From positions 295,430 to 359,429 of the forward strand of contig CAIOAT010000013.1 in the NCBI GenBank assembly GCA_903856085.1: DNA of 64,000 nucleotides, read 5' to 3'. The position numbers and the translations under genes were made by a program. Positions 10,251 through 21,075 of this stretch are shown here, in pieces; positions within the stretch are counted from its first letter, which is position 1; every line of letters begins with the position of its first letter. The notes beneath the pieces are model-generated. The model had not been told where the DNA came from. It ran no database searches and saw only the letters and a program-made list of their open reading frames with translations. The stretch comes from Candidatus Omnitrophota bacterium (lineage in GTDB: Bacteria > Omnitrophota > Omnitrophia > Omnitrophales > Aquincolibacteriaceae).

Positions 10251-10955
10251 ATGGCGATCCAGGGATGGTTTAAATTTAAAAAGATCCGGTTACTGCTGGC
10301 CTGGGGTTCGATCCCCATTCTACTCTTTTACTCCCACATGAACGACAAGAGCTTCCGCTGGGGCATTGTGCTTATGGTGATCGGTGAATTGATCCGTTTT
10401 TGGGCCCTCGGATTCGTGGAAAAAAAAGGCCGGAAACTCGCCACGAGCGGTCCTTATGCCTTCGTGCGCAACCCCCTTTATGTCGGCAATTTCTTTCTAG
10501 GCCTCGGAGTTGCCGTAATCGTCTGGAACTGGGTCATCCTGCTCCTTTTTCTCGCTGGCTTCCTGGGAATCTATACGGGGACCATTCGAGGCGAAGAAAA
10601 ACACTTGCGAGAGATGTTTGGAAAACCTTACGAGGATTATTGCAAAAATGTCCCCTCGTTCCTTCCGCGGTTGACACCTTACGCGGCGCCCGAGAAGGAC
10701 TCTTTCCTCTGGAGCCGTATCATCAAACATCACGAATACATCACGGTTGCCGGCATCTTCCTCATTCTCATGCTGATCCATCTTTACGAGGAGCTCTTCC
10801 TTGCCAAAGAACCGATGACCCAGCAAATACCTCTGATCATCGCAACCGTGATCGTGGCGCTCGCGCTTGCGTTGGAACGGATATTCGTCAGCCGCCTGCA
10901 CATCACGTTCTTTGAACGCCTGCGCGAAAAAGACGCTCCGAAAAATAATCCGTAA
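10251..10955 (+). CDS. Isoprenylcysteine carboxyl methyltransferase (ICMT)/phospholipid methyltransferase family membrane protein
   Basis: Multi-TM protein with the RNPLYVG motif typical of ICMT/PEMT-family methyltransferases. ATG at 10251 follows GAGGAG; the ORF tool used TTG at 10239. Confidence 0.65.
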   Translation: MAIQGWFKFKKIRLLLAWGSIPILLFYSHMNDKSFRWGIVLMVIGELIRFWALGFVEKKGRKLATSGPYAFVRNPLYVGNFFLGLGVAVIVWNWVILLLFLAGFLGIYTGTIRGEEKHLREMFGKPYEDYCKNVPSFLPRLTPYAAPEKDSFLWSRIIKHHEYITVAGIFLILMLIHLYEELFLAKEPMTQQIPLIIATVIVALALALERIFVSRLHITFFERLREKDAPKNNP

Positions 10956-11038
10956 TCGCTCCCGACGGACAGGAAGAGGTTGACCCGGACAAGCCTGAGT
11001 CTCTATAATCCCTCCATTAATTTTTTTCACGGGAGATA

Positions 11039-12496
11039 ATGATCATGCTGGATTTTAAACAGAAGGTCCTTTGCATCGGATTCGGTTCCGTGGGCAAATG
11101 CGCCCTGCCGATCCTCCTCGAACATATCCGCATCCCTTATAAGAATATCACCGTGCTCGACTTCGCCGACAAGCGCAAGGAACTCGCACCCTGGATCAAA
11201 AAAGGCGTCCGTTACTCTCAGGAAAAACTCAGCCCTGTCAACGTTGCGCGAACGCTTTCCAAGTATGTCTCCCCCGGCGGAATGATCATCGACCTGTCCT
11301 GGAATATCGATTCCCTCGACATGCTCTCTTGGTGTCATGAAAACAAAGTGCTTTATGTGAACACCTCGGTTGAGGAATGGGACCCGTACGCCAATATCGA
11401 AAAAAAGACACCGCTTGAGAAGTCGCTCTATTTTAAACAGATGGGGCTCCGCAAGATGACGGCGAAATGGGCGCATGATTCCACAACGGCAGTACTCGAC
11501 CACGGCGCCAACCCCGGGCTCATCAGTCACTTCACAAAACAGGGCCTTCTCGATATTGCCGAAAAAGCAACACATGACAAGACCACCTCCAAGAAAGACC
11601 GGAAATCCCTGGAACGTCTGATCCGCGACGAGAAATTCCACCGCTTGGCCATGAAACTTGGTGTGAAGACGATCCACGTGAGTGAACGCGACACCCAGAT
11701 CACGGATCAGCCCAAAGAAGTCGATGAATTTGTCGGTACCTGGTCGATCGAGGGTTTACGCGAAGAAGCGACTTCTCCGGTCGAAATGGGTTGGGGAACG
11801 CACGAGAAAGAGCTGCCCACTCTCGCCACGATCCCCGACTACGGCCCGCAGAACCAGATCTTTCTTTCTCAAATGGGCATGAACACCTGGGTGCGTTCCT
11901 GGGTCCCGAACTACGAGATCGTCGGCATGGTCATCCGCCACGGTGAAGCCTTCAGCATTTCCGAAAAGCTCACGGTCTGGAAAAGCGGAAAGCCCATCTA
12001 TCGCCCGACGGTTCATTATGTGTACATGCCTTGTAATGAAACGATCGCCTCGGTCCACGAACTCCGCTGCCGGAATTACGAACTTCAGCCCAAATGCCGC
12101 ATCATGTCTGATGAGATCGTGAAGGGCTCGGACATCTTGGGTTCATTGATCATGGGGCACAAATACAATTCCTGGTGGACCGGAAGCGTCCTCACGATCG
12201 ACGAAGCACGCAAACTCGTCCCCCATCAGAACGCCACCACCATCCAAGTCGCGATCGGCGTAGTGGCGGCGGCCATGTGGATGATCGAACATCCCAATAA
12301 AAGCGTCTGCGTCCCGGACGATCTCCCTCACAAGGAGATCCTCGCCACAGCGAAACCTTATCTGGGTACGGTGGTCTCGGAGCCTTACGACTGGACACCT
12401 TTTAAGAATTATCAGGTGTTCTTCCAGGAAAATCAGGGTTCGCACTTGGACAAAAAAAACCCCTGGTGCTTTAAGAATTTCCTGTTTAAACAATAA
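11039..12496 (+). CDS. hss: Homospermidine synthase
   Basis: 485 aa with an N-terminal GFGSVG Rossmann motif and conserved blocks RDTQ, NTWS, VRSW, YRPTVHYVYMPCN, DQNATTIQV, KPYLG, DWTP, PWCFKNFL that match bacterial homospermidine synthase. The start may be the second ATG at 11045, which has better RBS spacing. Confidence 0.8.
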   Translation: MIMLDFKQKVLCIGFGSVGKCALPILLEHIRIPYKNITVLDFADKRKELAPWIKKGVRYSQEKLSPVNVARTLSKYVSPGGMIIDLSWNIDSLDMLSWCHENKVLYVNTSVEEWDPYANIEKKTPLEKSLYFKQMGLRKMTAKWAHDSTTAVLDHGANPGLISHFTKQGLLDIAEKATHDKTTSKKDRKSLERLIRDEKFHRLAMKLGVKTIHVSERDTQITDQPKEVDEFVGTWSIEGLREEATSPVEMGWGTHEKELPTLATIPDYGPQNQIFLSQMGMNTWVRSWVPNYEIVGMVIRHGEAFSISEKLTVWKSGKPIYRPTVHYVYMPCNETIASVHELRCRNYELQPKCRIMSDEIVKGSDILGSLIMGHKYNSWWTGSVLTIDEARKLVPHQNATTIQVAIGVVAAAMWMIEHPNKSVCVPDDLPHKEILATAKPYLGTVVSEPYDWTPFKNYQVFFQENQGSHLDKKNPWCFKNFLFKQ

Positions 12497-12518
12497 ATGC
12501 GAGAAACACGTTCTTAAA

Positions 12519-12866
12519 ATGATCAAGAAAAAAGCCGAACAAGAAGTTGAAAAGCGCCATGTGATGCGCGGCGGTACAGGCGAAGTCACGATCCGCCATT
12601 ATTTAAAACACGAAGAGATCAAGGCGCGCACACGGCTTTGCGCGGAACTCGTCCTTCCTGCCGGTGCGAGTATCGGTCCCCACGACCACGTAGACGAAGA
12701 CGAGATTTACATCATCCAAAAAGGCCACGGGCTCATGACCGACGGCGGCAAAGAGTTCACCGTAGCGGCCGGCGATGCCATTCTCACCGGCCAGGGTGCC
12801 TCCCACTCCATCAAGAATACCGGCACCGAAGACCTCGTGGTCACAGCCGTCATTATCCAATACTAA
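12519..12866 (+). CDS. Cupin domain protein
   Basis: 115 aa with GPHDH…E…G and a second PxGxxH-like cupin motif. Confidence 0.6.
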   Translation: MIKKKAEQEVEKRHVMRGGTGEVTIRHYLKHEEIKARTRLCAELVLPAGASIGPHDHVDEDEIYIIQKGHGLMTDGGKEFTVAAGDAILTGQGASHSIKNTGTEDLVVTAVIIQY

Positions 12867-13981
12867 TGCATCCTATTTTTCCGCAGGAAACTTTTCTCCC
12901 GGCCAAAATCCTCTTTAAAAAAGGCGGGCTCTCAGACCTTGCAAAGGAAACCGCAGAATTCGGTGCTCGCGGGCTCGTAATTCACGGCGCCTCGTTTGAA
13001 AAAAATGGCTTCAAAGAAAAAATCGCGGACGACTTCAAGAAAACGGGCTTATTCGCCGAGTTTTTTTGCCGCACGCAGGGTGAACCGACCCTCGGCGAGA
13101 TCAGCGCAGTCATTGAAAAAGGACGCGTCTTAAAAATCGATTGGATCCTCGGGATCGGTGGCGGCAGCGTGTTGGACCTTGCCAAGGCCGCAGCCGGACT
13201 TTTCCACGCCAAAGAAAAACCGGTTTTTTATCAAGAAGGGGGCGCTCTCGGAGAACGGGGGATCCCGTTCATCGCAGTTCCAACGACCGCAGGCAGCGGC
13301 TCGGAAGCATCCCCTAATTCCGTGATCATCCATCCTGAAAAAAAAGTGAAGCTCTCGATCCGCCACCAAGATTTTCTCGCGCGCAAAGTGATCCTCGATC
13401 CGGACCTTCTTAAAGGCCTGCCCTTCGCCGTGATGTGCTATTCGGGAATGGATGCCTGGGTCCAGGCGTATGAATCGTTCATCTCAAAACACGCAACCTG
13501 GTTCAGTGAAAACTTCGCGCTCAAAGCTATTCAGCTAATCAGCCGTCACCTGACGCCCGCGTTAAACGCAGGCCGCGACGAAGACCTGGGCGGGCTCATG
13601 CTCGGAAGTTTTTTCTCAGGGATCGCGTTCTCCCATTCGCGCTTAGGTGTGATCCACGGCCTCGCGCATCCGCTGGGTGTCCTTTATAACGTCCCGCATG
13701 GACTGATTTGCTCGATCTGTTTCGCGCCTTCCATCAAACTCAATCTCGAAGCCATGGGCAATCAGAAATACGCCATCATGAGCCAAGCCGTCGGCATGGA
13801 CCTCCTCCAGAAAGTCCATGAACTTCAGAAAACGCTCAAGATCATTTCCCCTTTCAAAGGAAAACCACTCCTCGAAAAAGAAAAAATCATCGCAGAAACG
13901 CTCAAGTCCGGCTCCACCGCAGCAAACCCAAAACCCATCACCCGGGATGATGTCGAATATCTTTTGCGGGAGATCTTTTAA
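12867..13981 (+). CDS. Iron-containing alcohol dehydrogenase family protein
   Basis: GGGSVLDLAK and PTTAGSGSE motifs, plus His-rich metal-site motifs. True start is the ATG at 12867 (MHPIFPQ…); the longer ORF from 12638 overlaps the cupin gene out of frame. Confidence 0.75.
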
Positions 13982-14081
13982 AAAGTCTTGCGAGACGCGA
14001 GATAAACGCGCACGGCATTGCCCTAGAAACCTTCTCCGCAAAAATATTTTCTTATCTTTGCATCTATGTTAGCATGGCCTC

Positions 14082-14984
14082 ATGCACGAAAAACCTTCCT
14101 TTAATTATTGGCTTCAATACCTCGTCGTCCGGTTTTTGGCTATGCTCGCGACAGCCCTTCCTGTGGAGGTTTCGCATAGAATCGCCTGCGGATTTGGGAC
14201 CTTAACCTACTGGATCTTGGGAAAACGTCGCAAGATCGCCCTAAAAAATATCGCCAGCGCGCTTGGAAACTCCCTTCCCGATCGGAGAAAAAAAGAGATC
14301 GCACGCTCCGCGTTCCAGAGTGCCGCACTTTCCATGATGGAACTTTTCACGGTCGAAAAAATCAAAAAAGAGGCCGAGACGCGTTTTCAGCTTTTCGGAA
14401 ATGAATTCCTGGAAGAAGCCTTTTCTAAAGAGCAAGGCGTCGTCCTCGTGATCTCCCATCTGGGTTCTTGGGAATATCTTTCATTCCTTCCTTATTTCAC
14501 AAAACGGCCCTGGTCGGTCGTGGTCAAGAACATCAAGAACCCTTATCTGGACAAAGCGATCGATACCATGCGCCGTGTCATGACTGTCAATCCGATCTCA
14601 AAAGACAGCTCGGTCAGGGCCATCTTTCATGAGCTGAAGGCAGGCCACGGAGTCGCTATTCTGGTGGACCAATGGGCCGGTAATGAAGGTCTTTGGGTTG
14701 ATTTTTTTGATACGAAGACATCGACCACGTCGATCCCCGCGCGACTTTCCGAAAAGACCGGCTGCGCGCTCGTTTCCGCATACTGCCTCCGAAAGGCACC
14801 CGGGCATTATGAAATCCACATCGAAAAACCGGTCGTTCATAATATGGACCAGCCGGGCTGGGAAAAAACCATCACAAAAGATCTCAATGAAGTTCTCGAA
14901 CGTCAGATCTTGGGCCATCCCGAACAATGGCTCTGGGGTCATCGGCGGTGGAAAAATAAACCTGATAATCTGAGACAGACTTAA
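14082..14984 (+). CDS. LpxL/HtrB-family lipid A biosynthesis (lauroyl/myristoyl) acyltransferase
   Basis: 300 aa with an N-terminal TM helix and an HxxxxD-like acyltransferase region (VISHLGSWEY). Size and organisation match LpxL/LpxM. Confidence 0.6.
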   Translation: MHEKPSFNYWLQYLVVRFLAMLATALPVEVSHRIACGFGTLTYWILGKRRKIALKNIASALGNSLPDRRKKEIARSAFQSAALSMMELFTVEKIKKEAETRFQLFGNEFLEEAFSKEQGVVLVISHLGSWEYLSFLPYFTKRPWSVVVKNIKNPYLDKAIDTMRRVMTVNPISKDSSVRAIFHELKAGHGVAILVDQWAGNEGLWVDFFDTKTSTTSIPARLSEKTGCALVSAYCLRKAPGHYEIHIEKPVVHNMDQPGWEKTITKDLNEVLERQILGHPEQWLWGHRRWKNKPDNLRQT

Positions 14985-15050
14985 CCACGGGCCTGCCCAC
15001 TGTCTTGAGATACACTTTCGCACGCGTCGGATGTGACCTAAGAGGAAAAG

Positions 15051-16301
15051 ATGGATATTGAACTCAAGATCGAAAAACTGGTATTCGGCGGCGATGGCCT
15101 AGGATTCGTCGAAGGAAAGGCCTGCTTTGTAGAAAGGACTCTTCCGGGCGAGAAAATCCTTGCGCGGATCTTAAGCGATAAGCCCAACTTCATGAAGGCA
15201 AAGCTCATTCGCGTCCTGGAACCTTCCCCTCACCGCATCCATCCGTCCTGCCCTTACATCGAACGCTGCGGCGGCTGCCAGTACCAGCATCTCCCCTATC
15301 CGGAAGAATTGAAGTGGAAAGAACACCAAGTGCGTGAGAGTTTCGCTCAGGCGTTCAAGGCGGAGGAGATTTCGATCCTCCCGATCCAATATGGCTCCAA
15401 GGAATACGGTTACCGGACGAGCATTACGATCCACCGCACGACGGAGAAGAATAATAAACCTCAGCGTCTCGGTTTCATCGGCCACGACAATTATTCCAAG
15501 GTTCTGATCGACCATTGCATGCTCGCGGACGAACGGCTCAAGGAGATCTTTACGGCCGAGCACAAGCTCAACCGGCGTGAAGAAAAAAGAGGTTTCAAAC
15601 TGGACGAAAAAGGCCGGATCTTCACCAACGATGAAGAAAAGCTTTATCGCGTTAGTGTCGGCGGCCGATCGCTCTGGACAAGCTCCATGGGATTTTTCCA
15701 GAATAATATTGAGGTCACTGAACTCATCGCAAAGAAACTATCGGAGTATATCGAAGTCTTGAAGCCCGCCCGCTTTTTAGATCTCTACGCGGGCGTCGGA
15801 ACTTTTCCGCTTCTCGCAGCTCGCGGCGTACCGGAGGTCCACTGTTTTGAAGACAGCCCCTACAGCACGGGCTGTCTCCGGAGAAATGTTAGAGAGTGCG
15901 AGTTGCCTCTGGCGGGTATTTTTGCGGGGAAAGTCGAAAAAACCTTCCCGCGTTTTATTATCCACAGTCCCAATACCAATCAATCGAAGCGAAGCGGAGA
16001 TTGCGACAGTCCTTGTCTCCATCCTGAAGAAGAAATGAAAGACAAGGACAGCCCAAAGCCCGGGACGCTTGTCTTCATGGATCCGCCGCGGCAGGGCATC
16101 GCCTCTTCCCTAGCAGACTTCTTGTCCAAGGAAGATGTGGGAGAGAACATCTTTTATCTTGCTTGCGATCTTCCGATCCTCTTGCGGGATCTAAAACAGA
16201 TCCTTGCCTCCGGCCGTTACAAGATCCGGGAAGTCATCCCCTTCGACATGTTTCCTCGAACGAAGCACATTGAGGTGTTGGTACATCTTCAAAAAATTTA
16301 A
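15051..16301 (+). CDS. 23S rRNA (uracil-5)-methyltransferase RlmD/RumA family (TRAM + Fe-S + SAM MTase)
   Basis: N-terminal TRAM-like beta region, Cys cluster CPYIERCGGCQYQH, and a C-terminal SAM methyltransferase fold (DLYAGVGTF…DPPR). Confidence 0.7.
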   Translation: MDIELKIEKLVFGGDGLGFVEGKACFVERTLPGEKILARILSDKPNFMKAKLIRVLEPSPHRIHPSCPYIERCGGCQYQHLPYPEELKWKEHQVRESFAQAFKAEEISILPIQYGSKEYGYRTSITIHRTTEKNNKPQRLGFIGHDNYSKVLIDHCMLADERLKEIFTAEHKLNRREEKRGFKLDEKGRIFTNDEEKLYRVSVGGRSLWTSSMGFFQNNIEVTELIAKKLSEYIEVLKPARFLDLYAGVGTFPLLAARGVPEVHCFEDSPYSTGCLRRNVRECELPLAGIFAGKVEKTFPRFIIHSPNTNQSKRSGDCDSPCLHPEEEMKDKDSPKPGTLVFMDPPRQGIASSLADFLSKEDVGENIFYLACDLPILLRDLKQILASGRYKIREVIPFDMFPRTKHIEVLVHLQKI

Positions 16302-16325
16302 GGCGGGAACGAAAAGCCCTCTACG

Positions 16326-17538
16326 CTAGCCGTTCGACACTCCCCGTCCGTTGCAACCCCCGGCGACAGCACCGCTGGCCCAGGCCCAAGCAAGATTGTA
16401 TCCGCCCCGCCGTCCCTGCACATCGAGCACTTCTCCTGAAAAATAAAGGCCTTTTTGGAGCTTGGACTCAAGGGTCAAAGGATCCACTTCATCTAACGGA
16501 ACCCCTCCCGCGGTGAATTCCGCTTCATTCCAACCGCGCGTGCCGATCACCTTGAATTCTTTGTGCTTGAGCAGATGGGCGATCGACGAAGCGTCCGCGT
16601 TGTGGATCGCGCTGCGAAAGGCAAGGAAAAATTTGTGCGCCAAGAGCCCCTCCAGCAAATTCTCATGTGTCACGCCCTTTTCAAAACGACGGGAAAGTTC
16701 TTCCGCGAATGCGGCCTCGCCCATGAAAGGGATCAGGTCGGCCACCACGGTAACGTTTTTCATGTGGTCGCGGTTAAGAGCAATCGAGATCTCGTCACTC
16801 ACATCCAGGATCGCGGTCCCGGAAAGTCCGTACTGTGTAAAAAGAAGTTCTCCCGATACAGTCCGGATATTTTTCCCCTCGATACGGCTGGTAACCTTCG
16901 CGCGAACCTTCTGGCCTTGCAAAAAATGGCAGCAGGGGTCTTTCACGAGCAAAGGAACCGTGCTCGGAACCGGCTCATTGATCCTGTGCCCGAACGCCGC
17001 GGCCAGCGCATAGCCATTCCCGTCCGCGCCGAGCGCCGGATAGGATTTTCCTCCCGCGCATAAAATGACCTTCCGGCATATTTCTTTTTCTCCGGTCTTG
17101 GCAGAAACTTCAAAACCATTCTTAAAAGCCCGAATATTTTGTATCTCGCATCCAAGATCAAGCGTTACCTTGAGCCTCTCTAGTTCCATCTCCAGCACTT
17201 TGAGCACCGAAGCAGCCTGATTCGTCACCGGAAAGATCCGGCCTGTTTCATCCGCATAGGTCGCAAGCCCCAGTTCTTTAAAAAAATCCAGCATGTCTTT
17301 TTTCCCGAATTGGTCCAAAATCGATTGAACAAACGTCTGGCCGCCGGGATTATAAAAAGAAGCATCGAGCACATCGTTCAAGAGATTGCATCGACCCGCG
17401 CCCGTGATGAGCAGTTTCTTCCCGATCTTCGGCATCTTTTCGCACACAAGGACCGATGCGCCCTGGCGCTTCGCAGTAATGGCGGCCATAATTCCAGCAG
17501 CGCCCCCACCGATCACGATCACATCATGCTCGGCCATG
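16326..17538 (-). CDS. HI0933/BaiN-family FAD-dependent oxidoreductase
   Basis: DVIVIGGGAAGIMAAI dinucleotide motif and family-typical length. ATG at 17536-17538 with GGAGAG RBS; the longer ORF to 17612 overlaps the upstream gene. Confidence 0.7.
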
Positions 17539-19365
17539 TTCGCTCTCCTTTCGCGGAAAACGTTTACCGGAGAACGTGGGCCGGTTTTTATTCCCCATGA
17601 GACGTTCTCCACCCGATGTTTTTTGCCAGACCCCCGGAGGATGGATGACCCCCTCTCGTTTGGGCTGGATCAACTCACGTTGAAACTGCCGCTCCTTGTA
17701 AGTTTTGGCGCTCAGGACCGGTTCGCCGGTCATCGGATGCTTACCCGTGTAATACATACAAGTCGAAAGAGTCATGGGAAGCGGCATGAAATCCTGCACC
17801 TGCTCCGGATGCATTCGCTGTGCCGAAAAATATGCGGCAAGCTTCCCGGCATCTTGGTCCGTACACCCTGGATGCGAACTGATAAAATAATTCACAAGAT
17901 ATTGTTCTTTGCCGACTTTCCGATTCATGACCTTAAAACGCTCGACAAACCTCTCATAGATCTTGAACGGCGGTTTATTCATCATCTTGAGCGCTGCATC
18001 CGAGGCATGTTCCGGAGCGACCTTCAGCTGTCCGCTCACGTGACTGCGACAAAGCGCTTCAAGATAGGCATCCGATTCCTTTTCCACAAGCAGGTCATGC
18101 CGGAGACCGCTTTGAATGAAAAGATGTTTTACCTTCGGAACGGCCAGAACTTCTTTCCAAAGCTCCATGGATTTTTCGTACCCGAGTTTCAGATTTTTAC
18201 ATTTCGCGGGCATCATGCACTGTTGATTGCGACAAGCGCCGGAATGGTCCCACTGTTCACAGGTCGCCCCGTAGAGATTCGCGGTCGGACCGCCAATGTC
18301 AGTGATCGTACCCTTAAATTCTTTCCGCGCAGCCAGCGTCCGCACTTCATTTAAAATAGATTCTTTGCTACGGCTCTGGATCATCCGCCCTTGATGCGCA
18401 GAAAGTGAACAGAAGCTGCACTCTCCGGCACAACCGCGATGCGCCGTGATGGAAAAACGTACCGTCTCAAATCCCGGAACGCCTCCCATTTTTTCATAAA
18501 CCGGATGCCCCTCTCGAGCAAAGGGCAAGCTATAGTAATGATCAAGCTCCGCGGTCGTAAGCGACAGCGGAGGGGGCTCCTGGATCACGAACCGAGCACT
18601 GTGTTTTTGGATCACCGGTTTCCCACGCACAGGATCCCCTTCAAGATATGCGAGCCTGAACGCTTCATTAAATTTGTTTTTATCCGTACTCACTTCTTCA
18701 TAGGAAGGCAGTGTAACCGCACCTTCGAAACCTTCGCTGCTGCTTCGGACGATCACTGTCCCCCGGATATCTTTCAGCTTCTTAATGTCCTCCCCGTCGC
18801 CCAAGCGCCTCGCGATCTCAAGGATTTGGCTTTCTCCCATACCATAAACGAGAATATCCGCTTTCGAATCTACCAAAATAGACCGGCGCACGTCTTCAGC
18901 CCAATAATCAAAATGCGCGAGGCGGCGAAGGCTCGCTTCAACCCCGCCGAGCACGACCGGAACACCCGGAAAAAGGCCTTTGATCTTGCTGGTATAAACG
19001 ATTGTCGCACGATTAGGCCTCCGCCCGGACCGCCCGCCCGGCGCGTAATCGTCCGTACGCCTCGGCTTTTTGCTCGCCGTGTAATTACTGACCATGGAAT
19101 CAAGATTGCCGGCCGTGATCCCAAAAAAGAGCTTGGGACGACCCAGCGCGAGAAAATCCTCGGAGGTCTTCCAATCAGGCTGGGCGATGATCCCAACTTT
19201 ATACCCAGCATCTTCCAGAACCCGCCCGATGATCGCCGCACCATAGGAAGGATGATCCACGTACGCGTCGCCCGTAACAAGAATAATGTCACACGCATCC
19301 CAGCCGCGCTCCGCAATGTCTTGCTTTGAAATAGGAAGGAATTTTTTTCGCTCTGTTTGGGACAT
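17524..19365 (-). CDS. YgiQ-family radical SAM protein (UPF0313)
   Basis: N-terminus ILVTGDAYVDHPSYG and radical SAM cysteine cluster CAGECSFCS. ATG at 19363-19365 with GGAGG RBS. Confidence 0.75.
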   Translation of the reverse strand: MSQTERKKFLPISKQDIAERGWDACDIILVTGDAYVDHPSYGAAIIGRVLEDAGYKVGIIAQPDWKTSEDFLALGRPKLFFGITAGNLDSMVSNYTASKKPRRTDDYAPGGRSGRRPNRATIVYTSKIKGLFPGVPVVLGGVEASLRRLAHFDYWAEDVRRSILVDSKADILVYGMGESQILEIARRLGDGEDIKKLKDIRGTVIVRSSSEGFEGAVTLPSYEEVSTDKNKFNEAFRLAYLEGDPVRGKPVIQKHSARFVIQEPPPLSLTTAELDHYYSLPFAREGHPVYEKMGGVPGFETVRFSITAHRGCAGECSFCSLSAHQGRMIQSRSKESILNEVRTLAARKEFKGTITDIGGPTANLYGATCEQWDHSGACRNQQCMMPAKCKNLKLGYEKSMELWKEVLAVPKVKHLFIQSGLRHDLLVEKESDAYLEALCRSHVSGQLKVAPEHASDAALKMMNKPPFKIYERFVERFKVMNRKVGKEQYLVNYFISSHPGCTDQDAGKLAAYFSAQRMHPEQVQDFMPLPMTLSTCMYYTGKHPMTGEPVLSAKTYKERQFQRELIQPKREGVIHPPGVWQKTSGGERLMGNKNRPTFSGKRFPRKESEHGRA

Positions 19366-19590
19366 GGCAGGATTATAACCTCCCCAGGACCTATACCGCA
19401 TCAGATTTAAATATAAGGGTATGCGACACAGCGCTTAATTTTCATTAAAGAAAATGATCGGATATCAGTCCATCCCAAGTCGCCATGATAAAAAGAAATG
19501 ACGATTTTGGCGGAACTGTTAACCCCTGAGATCAAATTGAGAACCGTTCCAAAGGCCAAGGACTCGGGATTTTACTACGCGAGTATCAGG

Positions 19591-19618
19591 TTTACTGGAA
19601 AAAACCCCATGATATAAT
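19591..19618 (+). promoter_or_regulatory. Candidate sigma70-like promoter for the peroxiredoxin-sodB pair
   Basis: TTTACT (19591-19596), 16-nt spacer, TATAAT (19613-19618), ~100 nt upstream of the ATG at 19721. Confidence 0.35.
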
Positions 19619-19720
19619 GACGGCCTTGAATTCCAGTGGTCAGCAGCAAGTTGTCAGCGAAAAACTTAAAATAGAACCACTGAGTTTTTATGGCCTAGCA
19701 TGTTAAAAAAGGAGGGTGAC

Positions 19721-20284
19721 ATGATCAAGATCGGTGAAGCAGTTCCCAGTTTCGAAGCTCAGGCTTACCATCATAATGACATCAAACGGATTAAATTATC
19801 CGATTACAAAGGCAAATGGGTCGCGATCGTTTTCTACCCGGCGGATTTCACGTTTGTTTGTCCCACCGAACTCGAGGAGGCGGCCGGACTTTATGAAGAT
19901 TTCAAAAAAGAGGGCGCGGAACTCCTGAGCGTCAGCACCGACACTGTTTTCGTCCACAAGGCGTGGCATGACATCTCGCCCGCCATCCAGAAGGTCCAGT
20001 ACCCCATGGTCGCGGACCCGACGGGAAATCTTTCCAAGATGTTCGGGACCTACATTGAAGCCGAAGGTTTGGCGCTGCGCGGAAGTTTTATCATCGACCC
20101 GGACGGTGTGCTTCAGGCTTATGAGATCCATAATCTCCCGATCGGCCGCAGCATGCAGGAGTTGCTCCGCAAGCTCAAGGCCTCCAAGTTCGTCCGAGAA
20201 AACGGAGGCGAGGTCTGCCCCGCAAATTGGCAACCGGGCAAGAAAACCTTGAAACCGGGTCTCAATCTTGTAGGAAAGATCTAA
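19721..20284 (+). CDS. 2-Cys peroxiredoxin (AhpC/TSA family)
   Basis: FTFVCPTE peroxidatic Cys motif and resolving Cys near the C-terminus (EVCPANW). ATG at 19721 after GGAGGG. Confidence 0.85.
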   Translation: MIKIGEAVPSFEAQAYHHNDIKRIKLSDYKGKWVAIVFYPADFTFVCPTELEEAAGLYEDFKKEGAELLSVSTDTVFVHKAWHDISPAIQKVQYPMVADPTGNLSKMFGTYIEAEGLALRGSFIIDPDGVLQAYEIHNLPIGRSMQELLRKLKASKFVRENGGEVCPANWQPGKKTLKPGLNLVGKI

Positions 20285-20347
20285 GCCAGACAATCCTTAA
20301 CCAACGCAGCGAACGCAGGTCACGTATTCATTAAAGGAGAAACCATC

Positions 20348-20929
20348 ATGCCATTCACACTTCCTGAACTTCCCTATGCCTGGGACGCTCTAGCACCGCA
20401 TATCAGCAAAGAAACACTCGAATATCATTACGGCAAGCATCACAACGCCTACGTCACAAATCTTAACAACCTGACGGACGGAAAACCGGAAAACAACAAG
20501 TCGCTTGAAACACTGATCAAAACCGCCAAAGGACCTATCTTCAATAACGCAGCGCAGGTCTGGAACCACACCTTCTACTGGAACTGCCTGAAGCCCCAGG
20601 GCGGCGGACTTCCGGAAGGCGCCTTGCTCGAAGCGATCAACGCTTCCTTCGAAAGCTTTGAGGAGTTTAAAACGCTTTTCACGAAGATGGCCATCGGGCT
20701 CTTTGGATCCGGCTGGGTCTGGCTCGTGAAAGACGAGGACGGGACACTCGGAATCGAAGCGATGTCCAACGCCGGAAATCCCTTTACAAACGGCCAGACG
20801 CCGCTTCTCACGTGCGATGTTTGGGAACATGCCTATTACATTGATTACCGGAATGCCCGCGCTAAATATGTGGAAACGTTCTGGAATCTTGTGAATTGGG
20901 AATTTGCGGCAAAAAACCTGAACGGCTGA
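20348..20929 (+). CDS. sodB: Fe/Mn superoxide dismutase
   Basis: 193 aa with LPYAxDALEP, HxxKHH and DVWEHAYY signatures of the Fe/Mn-SOD family. Confidence 0.9.
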   Translation: MPFTLPELPYAWDALAPHISKETLEYHYGKHHNAYVTNLNNLTDGKPENNKSLETLIKTAKGPIFNNAAQVWNHTFYWNCLKPQGGGLPEGALLEAINASFESFEEFKTLFTKMAIGLFGSGWVWLVKDEDGTLGIEAMSNAGNPFTNGQTPLLTCDVWEHAYYIDYRNARAKYVETFWNLVNWEFAAKNLNG

Positions 20930-21002
20930 TTTCCCTTCAAGGCGGAAGGTGTGCGGAGTTCGGCAAAAAAACTTTCGCACGCGCAACGCTACACATCAAG
21001 TT

Positions 21003-21040
21003 AAAGCCCCGGTCTTTTAGTTAAGACCGGGGCTTTTTTT
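21003..21040 (+). terminator. Rho-independent terminator after sodB
   Basis: aaagccccggtctt / aagaccggggcttt stem with a ttagtt loop, followed by a T7 tract. Confidence 0.8.
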
Positions 21041-21075
21041 AGATCTTCGCCGCACGCACGACTCTGTACGCCGTA

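Noticed and set aside
10400-11030. ORFs 10400-10915 (+) and 10497-11030 (-)
   Set aside because: Alternative-frame or antisense ORFs across the ICMT-family gene, whose multi-TM profile and RNPLYVG motif support the annotated frame.
12638-12866. N-terminal 76-residue extension of the Fe-ADH ORF
   Set aside because: It overlaps the cupin gene out of frame and is Arg/His/Pro-rich. The ATG at 12867 directly after the cupin stop gives a normal Fe-ADH N-terminus.
17386-18354. 322-aa plus-strand ORF, and 18439-19329 plus-strand ORF
   Set aside because: Both antisense to the YgiQ radical SAM gene, which has strong family motifs.
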